The notes beneath the pieces were generated by a model. That model was not told where the DNA came from. It did not search any database and saw nothing but the letters and a program-made list of their open reading frames with translations. Shown piece by piece: positions 41,157-48,635 of a stretch of DNA of 64,000 nt; position 1 is the stretch's first letter, and each line of letters starts with the position of its first letter. A program made the translations under genes and the position numbers. Origin of the DNA: a virus; the IMG/VR virus record IMGVR_UViG_3300030102_007788, positions 1 through 64,000 of that record; one strand, 5' to 3'.

Positions 41157-41788
41157 CGCTCCCAATTATCATACCTTGCATTAAAGGCTATAGATACTCT
41201 CATTGCTTCAGTTGGGTTAGGGTCAACGTAGTGCATTAGCCAAGATGGGAATATCACAATTTTCCCTTCTTTTACTTCATATGTAAAAAGACTGCTATCG
41301 TATTTATTTTTGTTTCTATACCAATTTATATCCCCTTCAAAAGATAACTCTGGACATGCTATAACGTGCTGGGGGCGTGGGTCTAAAAAGTGAATTAAGC
41401 CAGAATTGTGTGGAAAGTTTACGTAATAGCATCCTGAGTAATGGTTTGATGGGTGAATGTGGGGCGGATTAAAATTTCCTTTTAAATTAACGTTTAGCCA
41501 AGCCTCTGGCTTCTCCCATTTTCCTTTTCTCCAAGAATGTTCTTTTTCTACATTGTTGAGTAGTTTCAATGTTTGAATTTGAAAAAAGTTATAAAGCTCT
41601 GGAACAGCATCAAAATCTAGTTCATCTCCACCGTAAGAGTCAAGGGATGGGTTAATATCTTTGTTATCGTTGATGTGTGTTTTCGCTATTGGGTGATTGG
41701 TTATGTAATCAAGGATCTGTTTTTTGAACTTATCATGATAAGGAAAATCGAATTCCCAAAAATCGGTAACAAACAAATCGCGTTTCAT
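41153..41788 (-). CDS. Putative 2OG-Fe(II) oxygenase (TIGR02466-like)
   Basis: WLNVN..G.FN.PHIHP...SGCYYV...F.DPRP...G..VIFPSWL.H.V.PN...RVSIAFN. Confidence 0.88.
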   Translation of the reverse strand: MKRDLFVTDFWEFDFPYHDKFKKQILDYITNHPIAKTHINDNKDINPSLDSYGGDELDFDAVPELYNFFQIQTLKLLNNVEKEHSWRKGKWEKPEAWLNVNLKGNFNPPHIHPSNHYSGCYYVNFPHNSGLIHFLDPRPQHVIACPELSFEGDINWYRNKNKYDSSLFTYEVKEGKIVIFPSWLMHYVDPNPTEAMRVSIAFNARYDNWER

Positions 41789-41994
41789 AAATCAGCTTCT
41801 CCTATATCTATAAAGTACAAAAGTCTATAAAGCCTTTCTGTCCCTTCCTGATTAAAAATGTCAATAGGCATATCCATATTTAGATCACTGTTTGGAGTAT
41901 GTAACCATGTCTCAACATAATTATCGTCCATGACATCACAACATTCGTTAACTAAATTTACAAATTCTATTAATTTTTCTTTTTTAACATGCAT
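41785..41994 (-). CDS. Xre/MbcA/ParS antitoxin C-terminal domain (DUF2384-like), stand-alone
   Basis: V.TWL.TPN.DL....PIDI....G.ERL..LL..I matches the toxin-binding-domain pattern; no N-terminal HTH. Confidence 0.7.
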   Translation of the reverse strand: MHVKKEKLIEFVNLVNECCDVMDDNYVETWLHTPNSDLNMDMPIDIFNQEGTERLYRLLYFIDIGEADL

Positions 41995-43087
41995 GAGAAC
42001 GAATAATATCCACTATTTCATCTTGCTCTTCCTCCGTTAGAAAGGGATGCATCGGAAGGCTCAAAACCTCGCTAGATGCTTTTTCTGAGGCGGGGAAATC
42101 CCCAAGCTGACCCGCCTTCCACCAAGGGAGAGAAGAAAATACGGGTTGTTCATGTAAGCACTTTGGATAATATATAGCAGTTGGAATACCTCTTTTTTGC
42201 AGTTTTTCTTTTAACGAATCCCTATCTTTGGTTCTGATAGTATATTGCCCGTAGACATGAGTATTGCCTTCTGATATTGATGGGGTTACGCACACTTCTC
42301 TTAAGAGCGATGAATAGCGCTTACCAATAGACGATCTAGCTTCTAGCTCTCTTGAAAAGTGCGGGAGCTTCGCTAAAAGAACTGCTGCTTGTATTGTGTC
42401 GAAACGGCCATTCATCCCAACTAGATCGTGATGACCTCTTTCTATTCCGCCATGATTTCTTATAGATCTAAATTTTAAATTTAACTCTTCGTTATTAGTA
42501 AAAAGGGCTCCACCGTCTCCATAACATCCTAATACTTTCGCGGGGAAAAAACTAGTACTGCCTATAACAGTGGTTCCGCAACTTTTTATTCCGTTTCTTT
42601 CTGCTCCAAAACTTTGAGCCCCGTCTTCTATAACGGGCAAATTATATTTTTTTGCTATAGAAGAAATTTTTTCTATATTAGGTATTTGTCCAAATAAGCT
42701 AACTGGGATAATCGCTTTTGTATTTTCATTGATTGCTGCTTCCAGTAAATCGGGATTCATATTATAGCTATCTAGTTCAATATCTATAAATATTGGAGTG
42801 GCTTTTACAGCCATAATAACTTCAGCAGTGCTAATCCAAGTAAACGGGACGGTTATCACCTCATCGCCGGGGCCTATATCTAAAGCTCTAAGGGCTATCT
42901 CTAAACTAACTGTTCCGCTTCCTACTGTTACGCAGTGTTTAACGCCAACAAAATCTGATAGTTCTTGTTCTAGTTTTTCAATTTCTGGACCCATTAAATA
43001 CTTACCGTGGTTAAGTACTGAATGGATTGATGAATCTATGGAGTCTTTATATTGTTGGTATTGAGATTTTAAATCAATGAACTGCAT
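41984..43087 (-). CDS. DegT/DnrJ/EryC1/StrS PLP-dependent sugar aminotransferase (WbpE/WlbC-like)
   Basis: IGPGDEVIT.PFTWIST, IEDGAQSFGA, SFFPAK.LGCYGDGGA (catalytic Lys), LSLPMHP. Confidence 0.95.
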   Translation of the reverse strand: MQFIDLKSQYQQYKDSIDSSIHSVLNHGKYLMGPEIEKLEQELSDFVGVKHCVTVGSGTVSLEIALRALDIGPGDEVITVPFTWISTAEVIMAVKATPIFIDIELDSYNMNPDLLEAAINENTKAIIPVSLFGQIPNIEKISSIAKKYNLPVIEDGAQSFGAERNGIKSCGTTVIGSTSFFPAKVLGCYGDGGALFTNNEELNLKFRSIRNHGGIERGHHDLVGMNGRFDTIQAAVLLAKLPHFSRELEARSSIGKRYSSLLREVCVTPSISEGNTHVYGQYTIRTKDRDSLKEKLQKRGIPTAIYYPKCLHEQPVFSSLPWWKAGQLGDFPASEKASSEVLSLPMHPFLTEEEQDEIVDIIRSHAC

Positions 43088-43758
43088 TATTTCTTACGAT
43101 CTTTACTTTTTCTGTATTCTTCGTATTTTTGCATTCTTTCTCTAATTTCTTTATCGTAATCTCCTCTTTGGAATTTCTCTAGTCTCTCTAGCATCGCTTG
43201 TTTTTTTTTGGGGTTGTCAATTTTATTAAGGTATTCAAGCCCTTTTTGGACGACTCTTGGATCTATTTTTGGCCGTCTAGAAGGTACAGTAACAATGTTT
43301 GGCTTAGGGGTTGCTGGCGTAGTCTTGAGAGGTTTACTTTTATCGTCTTTCTTTTTTATGATTGTTGGTTTGGTGTTAAGCTTGGGCAATGTGACAATGG
43401 ACGGTAATTTGTGGGTATCAAACGAAAGCAACTCTGTTACCCCATTGTTGTCTACCTTCACTAAACCTCTTTCTACACTCAGTAACGTTACTCCACTATC
43501 TGTTCTCTTTTTAGAGGACAGCGTCAAAAACCTTTTTGGTATATCTTTAGAGAACATGTAGACGTTAGTAACTCCTCCCCTAGTTATAATACCTGTCAAG
43601 TTAAGCTTTATAGGTAGTTGCTCTATTAGTTTTGGAACCTCAACTTTTGCTGGCGTCTCTTCAAGTAAGGCGAAGGCGTTCCGTTTAGCGATTGTATCGT
43701 AAGGGTTCTCTTGTGCAAAAAGAGAACTAACAAAGAATAGTGGTATTAGTTTTTTCAT
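43087..43758 (-). CDS. Secreted GspC/PilP-like protein with signal peptide; start re-assigned to ATG 43758
   Basis: MKKLIPLFFVSSLFAQ signal peptide, NPY..I..RN.F.L, L.LTGI, then beta-strands (GVTLLSVE.G.V.VDNNG...LSF). ATGA overlap with the upstream pilin gene. Confidence 0.6.
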   Translation of the reverse strand: MKKLIPLFFVSSLFAQENPYDTIAKRNAFALLEETPAKVEVPKLIEQLPIKLNLTGIITRGGVTNVYMFSKDIPKRFLTLSSKKRTDSGVTLLSVERGLVKVDNNGVTELLSFDTHKLPSIVTLPKLNTKPTIIKKKDDKSKPLKTTPATPKPNIVTVPSRRPKIDPRVVQKGLEYLNKIDNPKKKQAMLERLEKFQRGDYDKEIRERMQKYEEYRKSKDRKK

Positions 43759-44030
43759 TCTGCGTAATAGTAAGGTATTCTTGCTGAGGTATGGCATTTA
43801 TAACATTGATCATATGTCTCTATTAAAAGTTTAATATCGGAGTCCGATATAGTTAGCAGGTCGTACTCTGGCATTTCGTGAAAAGTCTCTATTTGTTTCC
43901 TATATACTTTACATGCAGCGATTCTAGCTTGGCGCTGCGCATTTGCGTAACTTTGTAAGGATAAAGAAATTAGCAAAAATATAACAGTAATGGCTAATAA
44001 AAGCTCCAACACTGTAAATCCTTTTTTCAT
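43755..44030 (-). CDS. Prepilin-type N-terminal cleavage/methylation protein with C-terminal CxxCH
   Basis: MKKG|FTVLELLLAITVIFLL class III signal (G-1, F+1, E+5), PVC-style A...AR...C....KQI continuation, and CYKCH near the C-terminus. Confidence 0.85.
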   Translation of the reverse strand: MKKGFTVLELLLAITVIFLLISLSLQSYANAQRQARIAACKVYRKQIETFHEMPEYDLLTISDSDIKLLIETYDQCYKCHTSARIPYYYAE

Positions 44031-44272
44031 TCATCTTCTAATTCTTTTATACACTTGTTTAAATCGCAGCACTCTTGAAGTAAGTTAATAGCCGTGGCTC
44101 TCCAGTATTTACCAATATCTCTTAGAGCTTCGTTTTGATCCCTTAGTTCTTCTAGGTATTTTTGAGCTTTGTCTATGTGCGGGCAAGTGTTCCCGGGTAT
44201 AGGAGGACAGTCCTCTTTTATCTCCTTGTATCCTTTATGGGGAAAATTCACGCCTTCTGTTTTTCTAGCCAC
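44027..44272 (-). CDS. Hypothetical phage protein (TCP.ID...LEELR..N..LR)
   Basis: Coupled to the pilin gene (ATGA); small coiled-coil protein. Confidence 0.65.
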   Translation of the reverse strand: MARKTEGVNFPHKGYKEIKEDCPPIPGNTCPHIDKAQKYLEELRDQNEALRDIGKYWRATAINLLQECCDLNKCIKELEDE

Positions 44273-44784
44273 CTATTATGAGCATCCAAAACTACCGTGC
44301 TGGCTTTTTTTCCGTTTTTCCATTCGCCCACTTTTACAGAACTGGCTCTATCAATTTTATAAATTCTGAAAAACTGTTTGTAAATTTTGAGATGCTCCTC
44401 TTCTATGGAGGATAAGCGTGGGTAGCGGCTTTTTGGTGACCAATGCGGTACAGCTATTACTTTATAATCTGTTTCGTTATTGTCTACAAAATCAAGAACG
44501 CCCAAAACTCTACATTTTACTAAACTTCCCCTGTCAATAGGGTCGTGATTAAAAATTAAAACATCTAACGGATCTTTATCTAAAGCGTAAGTTTGAGTTA
44601 TAAACCCATAGTTAACAGGATATTGTAGAGAGGAAACAAGGCATCTCTCAAGCTCAAATATATCATGATTTTCATTATACTCGTATTTAGTATTAGTTCC
44701 TTTAGGGATTTCGACGATACAGCTTATGTGATCAAAGCCATCTTTTGTAATTGGGATATCGTTTACTAGATTTCTTTTTGTCAT
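44248..44784 (-). CDS. ppa: Inorganic pyrophosphatase (family I)
   Basis: VEIPKG..KYE, YP.NYGFI.QT...D.DPLDVL, D.K.IAV, FF..YK. Confidence 0.93.
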   Translation of the reverse strand: MTKRNLVNDIPITKDGFDHISCIVEIPKGTNTKYEYNENHDIFELERCLVSSLQYPVNYGFITQTYALDKDPLDVLIFNHDPIDRGSLVKCRVLGVLDFVDNNETDYKVIAVPHWSPKSRYPRLSSIEEEHLKIYKQFFRIYKIDRASSVKVGEWKNGKKASTVVLDAHNRWLEKQKA

Positions 44785-44801
44785 TAGTGTAATATTATTT
44801 T

Positions 44802-45122
44802 ATGAATCTTTTGGTTCATGCTCCTTTATCTGAGCCGCCAACGGAATCGCTTCCGTTCAGGTACGTGTTGTCGTGCTGTAAGATTGATTGTGGAATGGAG
44901 GTGCTGCTAGAGTGCGAAGAGGGCACTAGGGACTTATACTGGAACTTCTTGAGAAAAAGGGGTATGTTTGACTTTATATCAGACATCGTCAACCCATTTG
45001 AAGAAAGAGGGTTGAGATTAGACACTAAAGTCCGAAACCACCAAAACACCGTAGTAGTTAAGTACATTCGAGTAGAGAATCAAATTGAAATAATTGACCT
45101 CGTAAAAGAAAAGGTAATTTAG
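44802..45122 (+). CDS. Hypothetical protein
   Basis: Isolated plus-strand ORF with AGTGTAAT (44786-44793) just upstream. Confidence 0.6.
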   Translation: MNLLVHAPLSEPPTESLPFRYVLSCCKIDCGMEVLLECEEGTRDLYWNFLRKRGMFDFISDIVNPFEERGLRLDTKVRNHQNTVVVKYIRVENQIEIIDLVKEKVI

Positions 45123-45355
45123 CTGGCAGTTTGCTCTGCCATATTGTCATGCTTAAGCATTTTAGCTTCTAGTACCTTCACTCTCTCGCTGGCTTCTACT
45201 GCTTTTGAAGCTGCATCCTGAGCCATCTGATCAATTTCTAGGGCTTCATTTTGAGCTTCCTGAGCTGCTTTCCTAGCGTCCTCAGCCGCGTCTTGAGTTG
45301 CCGCTGCGCATCTACGGGCTGAATCCAACATTAGTCTTAAATAACCACTTGCCAT
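45119..45355 (-). CDS. Small Ala-rich coiled-coil protein
   Basis: Follows the DUF2589 pair after a 12-bp gap; A/E/Q-rich heptads. Confidence 0.65.
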   Translation of the reverse strand: MASGYLRLMLDSARRCAAATQDAAEDARKAAQEAQNEALEIDQMAQDAASKAVEASERVKVLEAKMLKHDNMAEQTAS

Positions 45356-45367
45356 GGTTATATTATA

Positions 45368-45844
45368 TTAAGTTGGGATAGTTTTTACAATTTTATCATT
45401 AACCCTAGCTAGTCCTTCAGGGGTTTCGCCGTTTTTTATAGTTAATTTTACTTTTGCTAAGGTTTTTTTAGGGTCTTTACGGCCAATCATAGCAATCATA
45501 CGTCGTTTTTTATGATTATCTTCGTTCTCAAACTGACCTAAATCTACATCAAACTCCATTTCAAGAGAATCAATTTTAAGATGATTGTGCCCAGCAAGGG
45601 TCATGAGAGGTATCTCTACTTCTTGCTCTCCCTCACTAGTAGGAAGCATCATTTTTTTTGTAATTGGCCGACCATACTCGTCAAAATACGTGCCTATGAC
45701 CCTTTTTAAATGCTCAGTTTCTACATAGCGTTGAGCATAGACTACGGAGTTATAAAGACACTGGATCAGATGATCAAACGTTTTTAACGCAGGAGCACCC
45801 TTGAAAGATCCAGATTTAGAATAAGATAATTTGTCGTCAGACAT
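45368..45844 (-). CDS. DUF2589-like protein
   Basis: LIQ.LY.SV..AQ, YFD..G.P, EIPL.TL..H..L.ID.LE.EF, PEGLAR..D. Confidence 0.7.
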   Translation of the reverse strand: MSDDKLSYSKSGSFKGAPALKTFDHLIQCLYNSVVYAQRYVETEHLKRVIGTYFDEYGRPITKKMMLPTSEGEQEVEIPLMTLAGHNHLKIDSLEMEFDVDLGQFENEDNHKKRRMIAMIGRKDPKKTLAKVKLTIKNGETPEGLARVNDKIVKTIPT

Positions 45845-46440
45845 TATTTATTGCCGCCACCGCCGCCAGCAGGAACAGGTTGGATAGCTGCTCCGAGAAT
45901 GTCAAGAACCTTCATCAGCCCTTCAGGAGCTCCGTCGTCCCGGGCCTCTACGTGAACAGTATATTTTGCGGAGTTATCAGTTTTGCGAATATTTTCGCTT
46001 TTGGTGGATACAGAAGCGTTAAGGTTTACCTTCACGGGAGACCACCAATTATCATACTTAACACTTAGGTCAGTCTTTGTGTTTACTGAGCTTGTGTCTT
46101 GAGTACTGGATTTAACCTCCATGTCAAAATCAACAGTGGCTCTTTTTACTCCCAAGTTAGGGGTTTGAATGATTGACAACAATGGAACCTTCATCTTTCG
46201 GTTTTCAATAGTTGTGGTGATGGTTCCGTCTGCTGCTTTAGATTCTACCGGGGCATCATAATCGAATTCTACGGTGCGAGCACTAAGTTTTCCGTTTCCG
46301 TCGTCTTCGAGTCCGATGTCTTTTATAAACTGTTCCGTTGTGTGAGCAAGTTGGCCCTGTGCTTTTGCTGCTCCGAGTAATGGTTCTGCGATTAATGTCC
46401 CAATTGGGAGCCCTTTGAATTGATCTGCTATGCTAGCCAT
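45844..46440 (-). CDS. DUF2589-like protein
   Basis: QF.GLP...LI..PL..AA.AQ..LA, VPLL.I...PNL....TVDFDMEVK, TDNSAKY.V.V.A....PEGL.KVLDIL. Confidence 0.8.
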   Translation of the reverse strand: MASIADQFKGLPIGTLIAEPLLGAAKAQGQLAHTTEQFIKDIGLEDDGNGKLSARTVEFDYDAPVESKAADGTITTTIENRKMKVPLLSIIQTPNLGVKRATVDFDMEVKSSTQDTSSVNTKTDLSVKYDNWWSPVKVNLNASVSTKSENIRKTDNSAKYTVHVEARDDGAPEGLMKVLDILGAAIQPVPAGGGGGNK

Positions 46441-46458
46441 AAATAACCTTACACAATA

Positions 46459-46653
46459 TTATCGACCAGATACGAATTTTTGAAAAATATTCTTTAAATC
46501 ATTTAAAAAAATTCGGGACATTTCTACTCTTACGGCATCGGTGTCTTCCATGACTACAGTGTCCTTTATCAACTTCTCGTATTTCTCCTTAGCGGAAATA
46601 ATCGCTTTGTGAGTTTCAACTGGTTTATTTCTTTCAAATTCAGAGATATTCAT
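46459..46653 (-). CDS. Hypothetical protein (64 aa)
   Basis: Fills the gap in the minus-strand gene run. Confidence 0.55.
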   Translation of the reverse strand: MNISEFERNKPVETHKAIISAKEKYEKLIKDTVVMEDTDAVRVEMSRIFLNDLKNIFQKFVSGR

Positions 46654-46834
46654 CTTTTTCTACAAGGCTTGTTTTTACGCTTTTCATTAGGCCCATTATC
46701 CTATCGAATTCAACTAATTCGCCGTTTAGTTTTTTTCCCTCGAAATTGTCTAAATCGTTACAAAGAGCGATTATATCACAAGTTATTTGCTTTAATTTAA
46801 AAGCATCCGGAGAAAAAACATATGAGCGGGACAT
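46640..46834 (-). CDS. Hypothetical protein (64 aa)
   Basis: Fills the gap in the minus-strand gene run. Confidence 0.55.
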   Translation of the reverse strand: MSRSYVFSPDAFKLKQITCDIIALCNDLDNFEGKKLNGELVEFDRIMGLMKSVKTSLVEKDEYL

Positions 46835-46851
46835 ATCTGTAAAAAATTACA

Positions 46852-47868
46852 TCAAAAGTCATCCTCAAGGGAACCCGATTGTTGATATTCTCTAACTCTT
46901 CTTTCAAAGAAGTTCCCCATAGCTTGAACGTCTACTACTTCCCCTAGCCATGGGAAAGGATTTTTATCTGATTCAAATCTATATTCAAGGCCTATACCTT
47001 CTAACCTGCGGTTGCCGATGTAATGCATATAGTCTACAAACATCTCAGCGTTAAGGCCGAGAATACCCCTAGGTAAAACATCTTTAGCATAGGCTATCTC
47101 AAGCTGTACAGCTTTCTGTACATGTTCGGTTACCTCCTGCTGAAACGCTTTAGTCCATATTTTAGGATTTTGCTCTATAATTTGATTAATTACATAAGTA
47201 CCGAATTTAATGTGAGAACTTTCGTCTCGTAGGGTATATTTAATCTGATCAGCAACGCCTTGCATTTTATTCTGGCGGCCAAGTGCCAGCAACATTGCAA
47301 ACCCACTAAAGAAAAAGATGCCTTCGCAAACAATCCAGTAAGTAATAAAATTTCTTAAAATTTCTTTTCTACCCTCTTGGGTGTGGGGATTAAAGTCTGA
47401 CCTGCTTAAATCAGTCGTAATGCTCATCAAGAAGTCATCTTTAGCTTTAATTGACGGAATATTCAGATAAGCCTGATAAACTTCATCTATCTTAAGATCC
47501 AAAGAATCGCAAACGTAAACAATAGTAAGATTATGAAGGCTCTCCTCAAACGCTTGTCTAAGAATATACTGACGACACTCAGCATCAGTAATGTACCTAA
47601 AACCAGAAAGTAATAAATTATTACCAACAAGAGATTCACTACCGGCAAAGAAGCCGAGTGAACGTTTGACCAAAAGTTTTTCATCGTCAGTTATTTCTCC
47701 GTTTTTCCATTGCTTAATATCGTCTGCCATAGAGATTTCTGTTGGCATCCAGTTATTAGCGCAGCCCTTTAAGAATAAGTCCCAAGCGGTCTTATGCTTG
47801 TGCGGAAGAATACAGTTAACCCCCGCTACATCTTTCCCAAGTATTTGTCCGTTCTTTGATTCGCTCAT
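46852..47868 (-). CDS. nrdB: Ribonucleotide reductase beta subunit, class Ic (R2c)-like
   Basis: W.P.EI.M..D..QW, FFAGSESLV.NN, EESLH, EGIFFFSGF, RDESSH, NFFERRV.EYQ. Confidence 0.93.
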   Translation of the reverse strand: MSESKNGQILGKDVAGVNCILPHKHKTAWDLFLKGCANNWMPTEISMADDIKQWKNGEITDDEKLLVKRSLGFFAGSESLVGNNLLLSGFRYITDAECRQYILRQAFEESLHNLTIVYVCDSLDLKIDEVYQAYLNIPSIKAKDDFLMSITTDLSRSDFNPHTQEGRKEILRNFITYWIVCEGIFFFSGFAMLLALGRQNKMQGVADQIKYTLRDESSHIKFGTYVINQIIEQNPKIWTKAFQQEVTEHVQKAVQLEIAYAKDVLPRGILGLNAEMFVDYMHYIGNRRLEGIGLEYRFESDKNPFPWLGEVVDVQAMGNFFERRVREYQQSGSLEDDF

Positions 47869-48635
47869 TTTGTATAATAAGTAGATTGTGCTTTAAGATT
47901 CCCTAAGTAAGTATTAAAACCGCGATGGCCAAGATTTACGTCAGAGACGACTTTTATCTTTCCGCCTAAAGATGTCCAGAGTTTACAAAAGCCATAATCT
48001 TCGCTTTCATACTTCTTAGTTTCTTCATTTACTTTACACTGAAAAATATCGTAAAAGTTATCTCCCGCGTCCATATATCCATCTATATCATTTTTGTAAT
48101 GAAGCTCTGGTTTTTCTTTGATAATTTTTTCTATACATTCTCTTTTTATAAGCATGAAGCCGGTTGCTGCGTATTTAGCTTCAACCGAAGTTTGAGTTTT
48201 AGATTTTTTAAATTCTTCGAAATCTAGCTCTGTGGAGAAATCGGTTGCTAGATGCCTCCAATATTCGGGGAGCTTACCTGTCGAAGCCATTAGCTCAATT
48301 TTCTGACCATTGAAATACTTCTTGGGGTAGACTCCCACTACTACATCGTCGTCTTCGTCAACCAGTTTTAAAACATCAAATGCGCTAAACTGTATATCAG
48401 TATCGACAAAAAGTAGGTGGGTGTAGTCTTTATTTAACATGAAAGCTACAGCTGCATTTCTTCCGCGGCTAATTAAGCTTTCAAACCAAATAGACCTTAA
48501 TCCGATCTTGATTCCTTTCTGTCTACAAACCGATAGAAAGTCGATGGTGCTCATCATGTAATCAGAGTGAACCATCCCCGTGTATCCAATCACGGGATAG
48601 AATATATTTACTTTAGAGTAATCCATTATTGGCAA
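47865..48635 (-). CDS. GT-A fold glycosyltransferase-like protein
   Basis: ESLISRGRN, THLLFVDTDI.F, VVGVYPKK, TGFMLIKR, SEDYGFC..W...GGKI. Confidence 0.8.
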   Translation of the reverse strand: MPIMDYSKVNIFYPVIGYTGMVHSDYMMSTIDFLSVCRQKGIKIGLRSIWFESLISRGRNAAVAFMLNKDYTHLLFVDTDIQFSAFDVLKLVDEDDDVVVGVYPKKYFNGQKIELMASTGKLPEYWRHLATDFSTELDFEEFKKSKTQTSVEAKYAATGFMLIKRECIEKIIKEKPELHYKNDIDGYMDAGDNFYDIFQCKVNEETKKYESEDYGFCKLWTSLGGKIKVVSDVNLGHRGFNTYLGNLKAQSTYYTK

